Positions 17,334-26,703 of a DNA stretch of 64,000 nucleotides are shown here, piece after piece. The position numbers and the translations under genes were made by a program. The notes under the pieces were generated by a model that saw only the letters and a program-made list of their open reading frames with translations, was not told the DNA's origin and ran no database searches. Source of the DNA: an uncultured cyanobacterium (GTDB taxonomy: Bacteria; Cyanobacteriota; Cyanobacteriia; Cyanobacteriales; CAWCAG01); NCBI GenBank assembly GCA_963793425.1, contig CAWCAG010000009.1:960001-1024000 (forward strand), read 5' to 3'. Position 1 is the stretch's first letter; every line of letters begins with the position of its first letter.

Positions 17334-19101
17334 ATGTCTAAATCTCCTTTACAACGCTTGCTAAGATATGGACGTAAGCACCGCCCTTTAATTTGGCAAG
17401 CTTTTATTTGTTCTATACTCAACAAAATTTTTGACCTTACACCGCCAGTCTTAATTGGGGCGGCGGTAGATGTGGTGGTGGAACAACAAGACTCTCTAGT
17501 GGCGAGTTTTGGCATCAAGGGGACTTTCGCCCAACTATTAATTCTTTCTGTACTGAGTTTCATTGTTTGGAGTTTAGAATCTGTTTTTGAATATGCCTAT
17601 TCCAAGTTGTGGCGTAACTTAGCGCAAAATATTCAACATGAAATGCGTTTAGATGCTTATAGTCATGTTCAAGACTTAGAATTAGCTTACTTTGAAGAGA
17701 GGAGTACAGGAGATTTACTCGCAATTATTAACGATGATGTTAACCAATTAGAAAGGTTTCTTGATGTTGGGGCAAACGATATCATTCAAGTTAGCACCGC
17801 CGTAATTATTATTAGCATTGTCTTCTTTATTCTTGCCCCTGGTATTGCTTGGATGGCGATGATCCCCATTCCTTTAATTATCTGGGGTTCAATTTATTTC
17901 CAAAAGCGTTTAGAACCTCTTTATGCAGATGTACGAGAAAAAGTTGGTGCAATTAATAGCCGTCTTGCTAACAATTTGAGTGGCATTACTACCATCAAAA
18001 GTTTTACCACTGAAGCTTATGAAATTGAGCGTTTACGACAGGATAGTGAAGCTTATCGCCAAAGTAATCGTCAGGCGATCGCAGTTAGTGCTGCTTTTAT
18101 TCCTTTAATTCGTTTGGTTATTTTAATTGGTTTTATAACTACCTTACTTTTCGGTGGTGTAGCGGCAGTTAATGGGGCTTTAGCCGTAGGAACTTATAGT
18201 GTTTTAGTCTTCATGACACAACGCTTACTTTGGCCCCTAACTTACCTTGGTAGGACTTTAGATTTATATCAAAGGGCTATGGCTTCTACTAATCGAGTTA
18301 TGAATCTTCTTGATACTCCCATTAATATTCCCTCCGGTAACATTGCTTTGCCTGTTAGTTCCGTGCAAGGGGAAGTTAATTTACAGGATATTACCTTTGC
18401 TTATCACGAAAGGCAACCCGTTGTTGCCCATCTTTCCCTATTTATTCCAGCAGGAAAAACCATCGCTATTGTAGGCGCTACAGGTTCTGGAAAAAGTACT
18501 TTGGTTAAGCTTTTGTTGCGGCTGTATGAGGTGCAAAAAGGAAAAATCCTTTTAGATGGCATTAATGTTAAAGACTTGCGCTTAAAAGACTTGCGCCGCG
18601 CCATTGGTTTAGTGAGTCAGGATGTCTTTCTTTTCCACGGTACGGTTAGGGAAAACATCGCCTATGGCTTCCCCACAGCCACCTTAGAAAAAGTTGTTGC
18701 TGCTGCCAAAATTGCCGAAGCCGAAGAATTCATCCACCAATTACCCCAAGGCTACGACACCATCGTCGGAGAAAGGGGACAAAAGCTATCTGGGGGACAA
18801 AGACAGAGAATTGCGATCGCCCGTGCCGTGTTGAAAAATCCTCCCATTCTTATTCTTGATGAAGCCACCTCTGCGGTGGATAACGAAACCGAAGCTGCCA
18901 TTCAACGTTCCTTAGAAAAGATTACCCAAAATCGCACCACTATTGCCATCGCCCACCGTCTTTCCACTATACGTAATGCCGATACTATTTATGTAATGGA
19001 AAAGGGTAAACTTGTAGAACAAGGACATCATGAGGAATTGTTACAATACTCAAGGTATTTATGCTAATTTCTGGCGAGTACAAACGGGAGTTAGAAATTA
19101 A
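17334..19101 (+). CDS. ABC exporter, fused permease/ATP-binding protein, with an apparent frameshift near 19047
   Basis: TMD plus Walker [17 protein letters not shown] and ILDEATS. The typical tail [13 protein letters not shown] is in another frame ending at 19101. Confidence 0.92.
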
Positions 19102-19159
19102 TACCAAATCGGTTTAGTGGCATAGGTTGTTTGTGAGGGTGGGGAGTAGGCGGTAGGGA

Positions 19160-19342
19160 TCAAACTGGTTTACATTTCCCGGCCCTAATTAAACCAACAC
19201 GACGAGCGATCGCTTCATCTTTACTATTAAAAGGACCCCATTTATCTTGCTCCTTAATAGCATTCTCATCTACCTCAGAAACTATGGAACAAGAGCCATT
19301 ATTTTGCTCTTTGATGATATACCAATTTTCTGAATTTTCCAT
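19160..19342 (-). CDS. Conserved small cyanobacterial hypothetical protein
   Basis: WYI...C.I...WGPF.S..EAIARRVGLIRAGKC.P pattern. Confidence 0.75.
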   Translation of the reverse strand: MENSENWYIIKEQNNGSCSIVSEVDENAIKEQDKWGPFNSKDEAIARRVGLIRAGKCKPV

Positions 19343-19485
19343 TACTTAGTTACTTCTAAAAACCACTTTCTTCGTGAATAATATACTGAATCTGGTATCA
19401 CTTATAGCGATCCCAGTCTGTCAAAATTCTAATTTTATCCCCATACTTACAGGGCAAAGTCTCTTTTGATAGTCTCTAACTGGTG

Positions 19486-20307
19486 TCAAAGTTGCTCTGG
19501 ATCTATACCTAGCTCTCGTAACCTAGTCGCCAACAGTTCCGCTCTAGCTTTTTCCTGCTCTGCTCTAGCTTTTTCCTGCTCTGCTCTAGCTTTTTCCTGC
19601 TCTGCTCTAGCTTTTTCTTCTTCTGCTCTTAGGCATTCTGAGTTTGCCCTCACTCTTTCAGTTTGAAACGCTTCATCTGGGGAAGGATAACGATTCCCCA
19701 GCTCATCGTACCAATACAACCATTCCCTTGTCCAGGTATTAAAATCTCTACGCTTTCTACCTATTCCTAATCCGATTTCTGGCAACCAGACTGGTTCCCC
19801 TTTTTGCCTTACATAGACCCCATTTTCTAAGCGATGTACTTCAAAGGAGTCTCCTTTACTTTTGTCCCCTTTGTCACTATGGTAGCGACCTCCATCGTAG
19901 ATAACGTAGTAGAGTATCCCCAACTGGGCATATTTGTCTTTTTTCTCTTCGTATTCCCCTCCATATTTCTGAGATACGCATTCTAATACCAAAGTAGGGA
20001 CGACGTAGTTTTCTGCCCACAATAGATAACTAATACGTCCATCTTGGTTGGGATTATTTACTGGTGTTTTCCTTTTTTTGACACCAATACTAAGAAACCC
20101 ATCTGGGGATATAGCTGGTTGGGCCGAGTCATAGTAGTAAGCTATGTCCATGCCAAAGAAGAAGTCTTCTCGCTGTTGCCAGATAAATAAGAGGATTTGT
20201 TGTAGTAGAAAAGGGACAGCCCTTTGTATTTCATTATCCACAGGTTTAAAGTCAACGCTGGGTAATTCTTCTGCTGTTGGGAGATGGGACAAATCGTACT
20301 GTAGCAT
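19486..20307 (-). CDS. Uma2 (DUF820) family endonuclease-fold protein
   Basis: LPTAEELP..D..PVDNE, PDGFLS, LECVS and YAQLGILYYVIY, ending in a coiled-coil tail LRELGIDP. Confidence 0.9.
   Translation of the reverse strand: MLQYDLSHLPTAEELPSVDFKPVDNEIQRAVPFLLQQILLFIWQQREDFFFGMDIAYYYDSAQPAISPDGFLSIGVKKRKTPVNNPNQDGRISYLLWAENYVVPTLVLECVSQKYGGEYEEKKDKYAQLGILYYVIYDGGRYHSDKGDKSKGDSFEVHRLENGVYVRQKGEPVWLPEIGLGIGRKRRDFNTWTREWLYWYDELGNRYPSPDEAFQTERVRANSECLRAEEEKARAEQEKARAEQEKARAEQEKARAELLATRLRELGIDPEQL
19541..19628 (-). repeat. 21-bp coding tandem repeat (AEQEKAR), about 4 units
   Basis: GCTCTAGCTTTTTCCTGCTCT units at 19541, 19562, 19583 and 19604. Confidence 0.9.
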
Positions 20308-20388
20308 GGCGAAAGCCCTCTAGATTTGACTTGCTATTTTATGTATTGTCGTGTTCTCAGTTTTAACTTTGTCTATTAGCAAAGTCTA

Positions 20389-21717
20389 CTATAATTCTTT
20401 CTTCTTATTTTCTGCTGATGTGATCATATTACGAGCATCTTCATACACCGTAGTTTGTGGTTTCACTTGCTCCAATTTATTAATAATAGAAAGTAGGTCA
20501 TTCGCTGTGGAATCGCGATTAGATTCATTAACAGTTTTCGGTAAATTGGTAATTAGATTCTGTGCCGACTGATAAGCTTGCACTGATTCTTCTTCATCCT
20601 GTTTACGAATGCGAATATTTCCTAACTCTGCCTCATAAGCTGCCAGCAACTTCTGGCTTTCAACATAGCCAGGATCTTCCGGGGGGACTTTTTCTAACAT
20701 TGCAGTTGCCTTACTTAACAAATTGGCGCACTCTTGCCAACGATTAGCAGAGTGTGCTGCATCAGGGCAACTTGTTTTCGCTTGGGCATGAAACTGTTGG
20801 GCAACGGCAACAGAATTGTTGGTGCGATCATTTCCTGCTACTAAACCAGATACTTGCTCAAAATCCCGTAAATAAGCTTCAGTTGCTGCCTCAGCTTGTT
20901 GCTTCGCTAAAGTATTGGGGGGAATTTGGTTGAGTTGATCAATACCTGCTTGCCATGTTGCGATCGCCTGTTGTTTTGTGGTGGTATCTTGCGCTTGTTG
21001 GTAAGTTTGTTTAGCCTGTTGAATATCTTGTTGCGCCTTTTCCCATTGCGTAAAAGCGTTTGTTTCCTGAAAAACTTTAGCCTCCATCCGCCCAATATTC
21101 GCCCTAGCAGTCTCAAACTCATCTAAGGTAAACTTCCAACCAAAATTAAACAAACTGCCATACATTTGCGGTTCATAACCCAAAAACCAAACAGGTAAAG
21201 CATCGAGATGTTTCTGTGCCTGGGTAACTTTTTCTTTACCTAATTCCAAATCCGCTGAACTTGTGGCATTATTGACTAACTGGTCTGCCTGTTCAACTTT
21301 CGCGATCGCCTGCCGATAATTATGATCCATGCTCAAATAACTGGGCAAGAGTAGAATCGGTGCAGTGTTAGCAACCGGGCGACGAATCATGGGATAGGGC
21401 AAATTCAACACCCAAATTAACCCAGCCAAGCCCCCTAAACCCAATGCTACTTGAGGAATCAGCCACAAAGGGCTAGAAGGGCGATTAGCATTGGCAGCTT
21501 TTTTAATGACTTGAGGATCGAAGTTAGGAAAAACATCGTTGATTAAGAAACTCAACTCTCTTTCTGTAACAGGTTGTCCTTGTTGAGAGTTTAATTTCTT
21601 TAATCGCTTCAGGACGACTTTTTGAGATACTTCTCCGGCGAGGTTATCTTCAGCCGCAACTTTAGTAATTTCGATAGCAAGAATGTTGTAGGCTTTGTTA
21701 TTGAGACGCACTGACAT
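20389..21717 (-). CDS. Conserved cyanobacterial membrane-anchored helical protein
   Basis: One TM segment, NLPYPMIRRPVA..APILLLPSY, and coiled-coil/TPR-like helices. Confidence 0.75.
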   Translation of the reverse strand: MSVRLNNKAYNILAIEITKVAAEDNLAGEVSQKVVLKRLKKLNSQQGQPVTERELSFLINDVFPNFDPQVIKKAANANRPSSPLWLIPQVALGLGGLAGLIWVLNLPYPMIRRPVANTAPILLLPSYLSMDHNYRQAIAKVEQADQLVNNATSSADLELGKEKVTQAQKHLDALPVWFLGYEPQMYGSLFNFGWKFTLDEFETARANIGRMEAKVFQETNAFTQWEKAQQDIQQAKQTYQQAQDTTTKQQAIATWQAGIDQLNQIPPNTLAKQQAEAATEAYLRDFEQVSGLVAGNDRTNNSVAVAQQFHAQAKTSCPDAAHSANRWQECANLLSKATAMLEKVPPEDPGYVESQKLLAAYEAELGNIRIRKQDEEESVQAYQSAQNLITNLPKTVNESNRDSTANDLLSIINKLEQVKPQTTVYEDARNMITSAENKKKEL

Positions 21718-21796
21718 AGAAACAAACTCAATATTTCAAGTAGGATTAATTTATTTTACTCTTTTCCTACTCTTTTCTGCTTACTCCCTCCTTTGA

Positions 21797-24700
21797 CTAA
21801 TTAATTATTGTTAAAGCTTGATTCAAAAGTTCAGTAGCTTCATCCTTCTTTCCCGCTTCAATATATTTAGTAGCCAGATTGTTCAACCAACTTGCTTTAC
21901 TGGCATTATTAGGCATAAATTCAACTAATTGTTTTGCCACATCCAACTTTTCTTGGGCTACTAAATCAAAAATTACATTACCCAAGGCAAGGGATTCTTG
22001 TTCATCAAAAGATTGGACAATTTCTTTCGCTTTATCTATCTCTCCTTGTTGAGCGAAATAAGCGGCAATATTGGCTAAAACCACATCCTTGTATTGGTCT
22101 TCAATTGAGTTAGCTATTGCCATCCCTTGCTCAATTTCTCCGACTTGAGCTAGTTTCGCAGCAACGCTAGATGAAGCCCAACTAGGATAATCTTTAATAG
22201 TTTTGGTTAATTGCAAGGCTTGCTCAATTTGCCCTTGTTCAATCCAAAAATTAGCAATTTCAGTAATAGCGCTAATTTGCTGATTTTCTTCTAAAGAACG
22301 AGCTAATTCTAAACCTTTATCTATATTACCTTCTTTAACCAAAGCAATAGCAATAGTCGCTAAAATTGACTGACTATACTGTTTATCCAAATCCCCTAAC
22401 ATTGACTTATCATAATTCAAGTCTAAAGATTGAGCCAACTGCAAAGCCCTTTCTGTATCTCCTGACTCGATTAACACCTTAGCAACCTCCTGGAAAACTA
22501 AAATCTGAGATCCTGCATTGAGAGATTCTGCCGTTTGCAAAGCCTCATCTACATTTCCGGCTTCAGCTTGGAAGATAGCAACTGCTTGCAATACTCCCTC
22601 CCTTAATCCAGAAACCACAATGGGATTCTCATCTTCTGGTTGAAAATCAAGCATTTCCACCACCTGCAAAGCAAAGTCAAATTGCTTTTCTGAGGCGAAG
22701 CTAGCACCAATACCTTGTAAAGCAAAGGCTTTAGAGTTATTATCACCAACGGATTGGTTTAAATATTGGGTTACTTCCATCCCTTTGTTGAACTGCTTTG
22801 CTTTGATTAACTCACCAGCAATTTGCCCCATAGCTACGGCTTTAACCGACTCATCTTCAATACTTTGCGCTATTGTTAAAGCACGGTTAAAATCTCCTTG
22901 AGTCCCCAAACCAATAACTACTCCCACTAAAATCTTAGCTTGAAAGGAAGCATCGTCTTTCCTTTCCGTCAATGCCAGTGCCTGCTCAACTTTTCCCGCT
23001 TCTACAAACTTACTCGCTATAATCGTTAATAAATCATCTTGATATTGGTCAACAGACTCAGCTAAAGCAAGGGATTGCTCAACTTCTCCTACTGCTGCTA
23101 ATTCTATAGCAATATCTCCTATAGTACGCCAGCGATAAGACTCATCAATAGATTGAGCGATTTCTAAAGCACGCTCAAAGTCACCTAACTTAGCAAAGTT
23201 AACAGCCGCTGTCCTTAATAAGTTAGCTGAAGCAGGGTTGTAGTAAGGAATTTCTACTGACTCGGTTAATTGTAAGGCTTTATCTACTTGTCCATCAACT
23301 GCTAACCCCTTAGCCATATTCGTAACAACCTGACTTTTAGCCTCATTGTTTTCTAGAGATTGCAGAATATCTATAGCTCTTTCAAAGTCTGTTAAAGCGA
23401 CTGTCTCAGCCACACCACCTATAACATAAATTCTTCGTCCTTCTGGGGATTGTTGAGCTAATTGCAGCGCCTCTTCTACCTTGCCTAAATCAGCTAATGC
23501 TTGAACAATGCGAATCAAAATTAGACTTTGATATTGCTCATCTTCTACCGATTGAGCTATCTCTTTCGCTTCATTAAGTTTACCAGCCTTAGTTAGTTGT
23601 GCTGCAACCTCCCTCAAAATATCTACTTTGTAATATTCATCCTCTAGCGACGCAGCAATTTCTGTTGCTTGCTTCAGCTTCCCTGCCTTAGCCAACTCAA
23701 TAGCAACTAAAGTTTCATCATATGAAGTCTCTGTAACACTAGCAACTTCTAAAGCCTTGTCAAAATCCCCTGCGATCGCTAACTCCTTAGCCACAGTCTC
23801 TGTAATAGATTGTTGTTGGTAACTAATAAATTGACCATCTTCAATCTGAACAGACTGAGCAATTTGCAAAGCCTGCTCAAGCTTACCTGCTTCAGTCAAA
23901 GCGTTAGCAATATTAAATAAAGCTCCACTACGGTAGTTGGGGGTATTCATTTCTTCTGCCACAACTTCCGCATCGGCATCTTCTTGAGTATAATCGGTTT
24001 GAATCAACTCAGCGATCTCAAGGGCTTGCTCAAACTTACCAGCGTTGGCTAAGGTAGTAGAAATATTAGAGAAAGTACGCCCCTGAAAAGAGCCTCTAGG
24101 CAAAGACTGAGCCAACTCAAGCGCCTGCTCAAACTTACCCATATGAGCTAAAGCCCAAGCCATCTGATCCAAAGTTTTCATTTGTTGGCTTGCTGTTAAA
24201 GTTTTGATTAACTGCAAAGCTTCTTCTAAAGCCCCTGTTTGAGCCAGAAGTACAGCTTGGTCTTGCTTATCTGCAACAGAGCGAGCAATTTGCAAAGCCC
24301 GTTCAACTTCTCCTGCTTCTGCCAAACTGCTAACAACCGCTCCCAAGCCTCTTACTGGCTTTTGCTCTTCTTCTGGTAAAGATGCCAAAACTTGCAAAGC
24401 CCGCTCAACTTCTCCTGCTTTTGCTAAATAGAAAGCTACTTCCTCTAAGGCATAAGCTTTTGAACTTCCAGTTTCCATGGAGTTAGCAGCTTGCAAAGCT
24501 AGATCAAATTTTCCTACCTTAGCAGCTTCTACAGCCATTAACTCTTGCAGCATCGTTGACTGTGCTTGATCTGTTTCCTTTCTCGATAAAACGCGCAATG
24601 CTTGCTCAAACTCTCCTTTTCCTACCAATGCACCGCTTATTTCTTGGAGAATGAAGCTTTCGTAATATTGATAATCAGGTGCTTGTGCTAATTCAGTAGT

Positions 24701-24820
24701 CTGCTGCTGAATTTGTCTTACTTCGGTTTCTAAATTAGTGTTAGTAGCGCTGAGGCTGGGTGAAGCAAATAGAAGGGAAGGAATAGCGAGTAAAGATAAA
24801 AGAGCTTTTTGAGTGTTCAT
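21797..24820 (-). CDS. Secreted TPR-like helical-repeat protein (1007 aa)
   Basis: Signal peptide followed by more than 20 repeats of LA.AG.(F/V)EQAL.IA.S. Confidence 0.85.
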   Translation of the reverse strand: MNTQKALLSLLAIPSLLFASPSLSATNTNLETEVRQIQQQTTELAQAPDYQYYESFILQEISGALVGKGEFEQALRVLSRKETDQAQSTMLQELMAVEAAKVGKFDLALQAANSMETGSSKAYALEEVAFYLAKAGEVERALQVLASLPEEEQKPVRGLGAVVSSLAEAGEVERALQIARSVADKQDQAVLLAQTGALEEALQLIKTLTASQQMKTLDQMAWALAHMGKFEQALELAQSLPRGSFQGRTFSNISTTLANAGKFEQALEIAELIQTDYTQEDADAEVVAEEMNTPNYRSGALFNIANALTEAGKLEQALQIAQSVQIEDGQFISYQQQSITETVAKELAIAGDFDKALEVASVTETSYDETLVAIELAKAGKLKQATEIAASLEDEYYKVDILREVAAQLTKAGKLNEAKEIAQSVEDEQYQSLILIRIVQALADLGKVEEALQLAQQSPEGRRIYVIGGVAETVALTDFERAIDILQSLENNEAKSQVVTNMAKGLAVDGQVDKALQLTESVEIPYYNPASANLLRTAAVNFAKLGDFERALEIAQSIDESYRWRTIGDIAIELAAVGEVEQSLALAESVDQYQDDLLTIIASKFVEAGKVEQALALTERKDDASFQAKILVGVVIGLGTQGDFNRALTIAQSIEDESVKAVAMGQIAGELIKAKQFNKGMEVTQYLNQSVGDNNSKAFALQGIGASFASEKQFDFALQVVEMLDFQPEDENPIVVSGLREGVLQAVAIFQAEAGNVDEALQTAESLNAGSQILVFQEVAKVLIESGDTERALQLAQSLDLNYDKSMLGDLDKQYSQSILATIAIALVKEGNIDKGLELARSLEENQQISAITEIANFWIEQGQIEQALQLTKTIKDYPSWASSSVAAKLAQVGEIEQGMAIANSIEDQYKDVVLANIAAYFAQQGEIDKAKEIVQSFDEQESLALGNVIFDLVAQEKLDVAKQLVEFMPNNASKASWLNNLATKYIEAGKKDEATELLNQALTIIN

Positions 24821-25052
24821 TTTTTCTAAGGCTAGATACTCTGGTGGGATGAAGAATTGACTAGAAAAAGCTAATTAGTTTGAGGCTATTTCTGAAAAAC
24901 CATTTAACCTGATTTAGTCTCATGATAGTTTGGTTGTGAGAGAATCAAACTATTTATATGGCAGTCTTAACATCGTCATATTTACCAGATATAGACAAAA
25001 GTTGGAGATATTTATGTACAAAAAGATGCTGTTTTCAGCTTGTTTACTAATA

Positions 25053-25883
25053 TAGCAATTCTAAATGATTTGTGAAAAGGCAGTGAACTTATTTATATTG
25101 GGAAAGCTGAAAAGCTTGAATTCAACAAGAAGTTGAAATATTTGATTAACTATCTTAAAGTTTTTGCCAAAACGATAAAACTTTCGTAATAATGATTTCA
25201 ATTGTAGCCAGACTGCTTCTACCGGATTTTCTTCTGGGGCATAAGGTGCAAAAAGATGACAATCTATTTTCCATTTCTGTTTCTTTTTCAAGTATATTTA
25301 ATGCTCCATAATATGTTTGTCGGTTTCGGCTGTTTTCAATCTGTATTTTTACTCGTTCAATTGACTGCCCCCAAACCTGCCCACAAAGGTCATCTCCGAG
25401 TAAGTGGCATTCGTCAATTGCATATACAGCAATCTCTTGTGCTGCTTCAAATACCACATCATACTCTTCTATTAGATGAATCTCTAAATCTCCTATGTCC
25501 CAATAATCTTGACAAAGTATCCACTTAACTACTTCTTCTATTTCTTTCTCATTTAGCTTTTTTTTTGCACCTTTATATCCCAATTTTAATCCTTCTATTC
25601 CCTCTGCTTTAAATCTCTTCTTCCACTTACTTACAAACCCAGGAGATACGTTGATAATCTCTTTGATTGCACGATAAGCATAGCCTTGTAAGGCTAGTTT
25701 TACTGCTAATGCTCTCTTCATTTCTCTAGCATCAGGATGAATATCTAGGAATCTCTGCGATTTTTCTATCTGTTTTTCCACTACACTTTTAGGCTCTTCC
25801 ATTTCTAGATGCTTCTCTAAAGTATTGGTTTTATTTTATCTTTTTTTACGCAATCTATTTTTACATCTCAAATAGAATTGCTA
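25053..25883 (-). mobile_element. Internally deleted IS630-family element with TA target duplication
   Basis: TIRs TAGCAATTCTAAATGA / TCAAATAGAATTGCTA (14/16), with TA on both sides. It contains IS630 transposase fragments. Confidence 0.85.
25061..25802 (-). pseudogene. IS630 transposase pseudogene
   Basis: HTH (FVSKWKKRF), AIDECHL and QTYYGALN in one frame, APYAPEENPVEAVW in another. The middle catalytic segment is missing. Confidence 0.85.
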
Positions 25884-26584
25884 TATATAGAAGTGAAAAC
25901 ATCTTCTTTAAAAGTTGTTAGTCTCTCGAACGTTGCTGCCACTTCCAGAGCCAAGTCAAATTGCTTCTCTCTTGCCAAGGCAACAGCAATTCCTTTTAGA
26001 ATCATGGCTTGGTTATCATCTAACTCTTCAACTGAATTAAATAAAGACTGGGTAACTTGCATTCCTTGGGTAAATTGCTGGGCTTCAATTAAATCCAAAG
26101 CAATCTGTCCTTTAGCTTGAGCTTTAGTCAAGTCATGTTCAAAACTCTCAGCTATCTCCAAAGCACGGTTTAAATCGCCAGTGGCGGCTAGCTTCCCCGC
26201 TATACCAATTAATATCTGACTTTGATGGTAAGGATGATAGGGAGGGTTTCTATTTCTAGTTAACTCCAGGGCTTCCTCAACTTGCCCTGCCACCACTAAT
26301 TCTTTAGCTATTTCCCCTACAGAAATCCAACTCAAACCTTCGTTGTAAGACTCATCAAGAAATTGAGCAATTTTTAAGGCGCGATCAAATTCTCCTAACT
26401 TCACGAAGTTAACCGCTATTTCCCCGAACAACTCGCTTAAATTGGGGTCATAGTCAGGAGTTTCTGCTAACTCAGCTAACTCTAAACCTTGTTCTAAGCT
26501 TATGTTGGCAAGGCTAATACTAGGTGAGAAAATTAGTAGAGAAGGAATGGTAAATAGAAATAAAAGAGATTTTAGATTATTCAT
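25868..26584 (-). CDS. Short paralogue of the helical-repeat protein, 3' end interrupted by the IS630 element
   Basis: Similar signal peptide and blocks shared with 21797-24820 (AVNF.KLG.F.RAL.IAQ..DESY; EKQFD.AL.V). The last codons are read from the IS TIR. Confidence 0.75.
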   Translation of the reverse strand: MNNLKSLLFLFTIPSLLIFSPSISLANISLEQGLELAELAETPDYDPNLSELFGEIAVNFVKLGEFDRALKIAQFLDESYNEGLSWISVGEIAKELVVAGQVEEALELTRNRNPPYHPYHQSQILIGIAGKLAATGDLNRALEIAESFEHDLTKAQAKGQIALDLIEAQQFTQGMQVTQSLFNSVEELDDNQAMILKGIAVALAREKQFDLALEVAATFERLTTFKEDVFTSIYSNSI

Positions 26585-26703
26585 TAAACCTAATAATTTC
26601 GTTGCATTAATAAATTTTGCTTATGCGGTCAGTGAAGTTGCCAAATTCTACAATTAGGCTTGACAAAATACTTCTTCAGATAGTTGACTGATGTGTTTAG
26701 CAA

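Noticed and set aside
19541..19628. Possible CRISPR-like repeat (the 174-bp repeat at 28.7-29.1 kb was also considered)
   Set aside because: These are contiguous coding repeats without unique spacers, and there are no cas genes.
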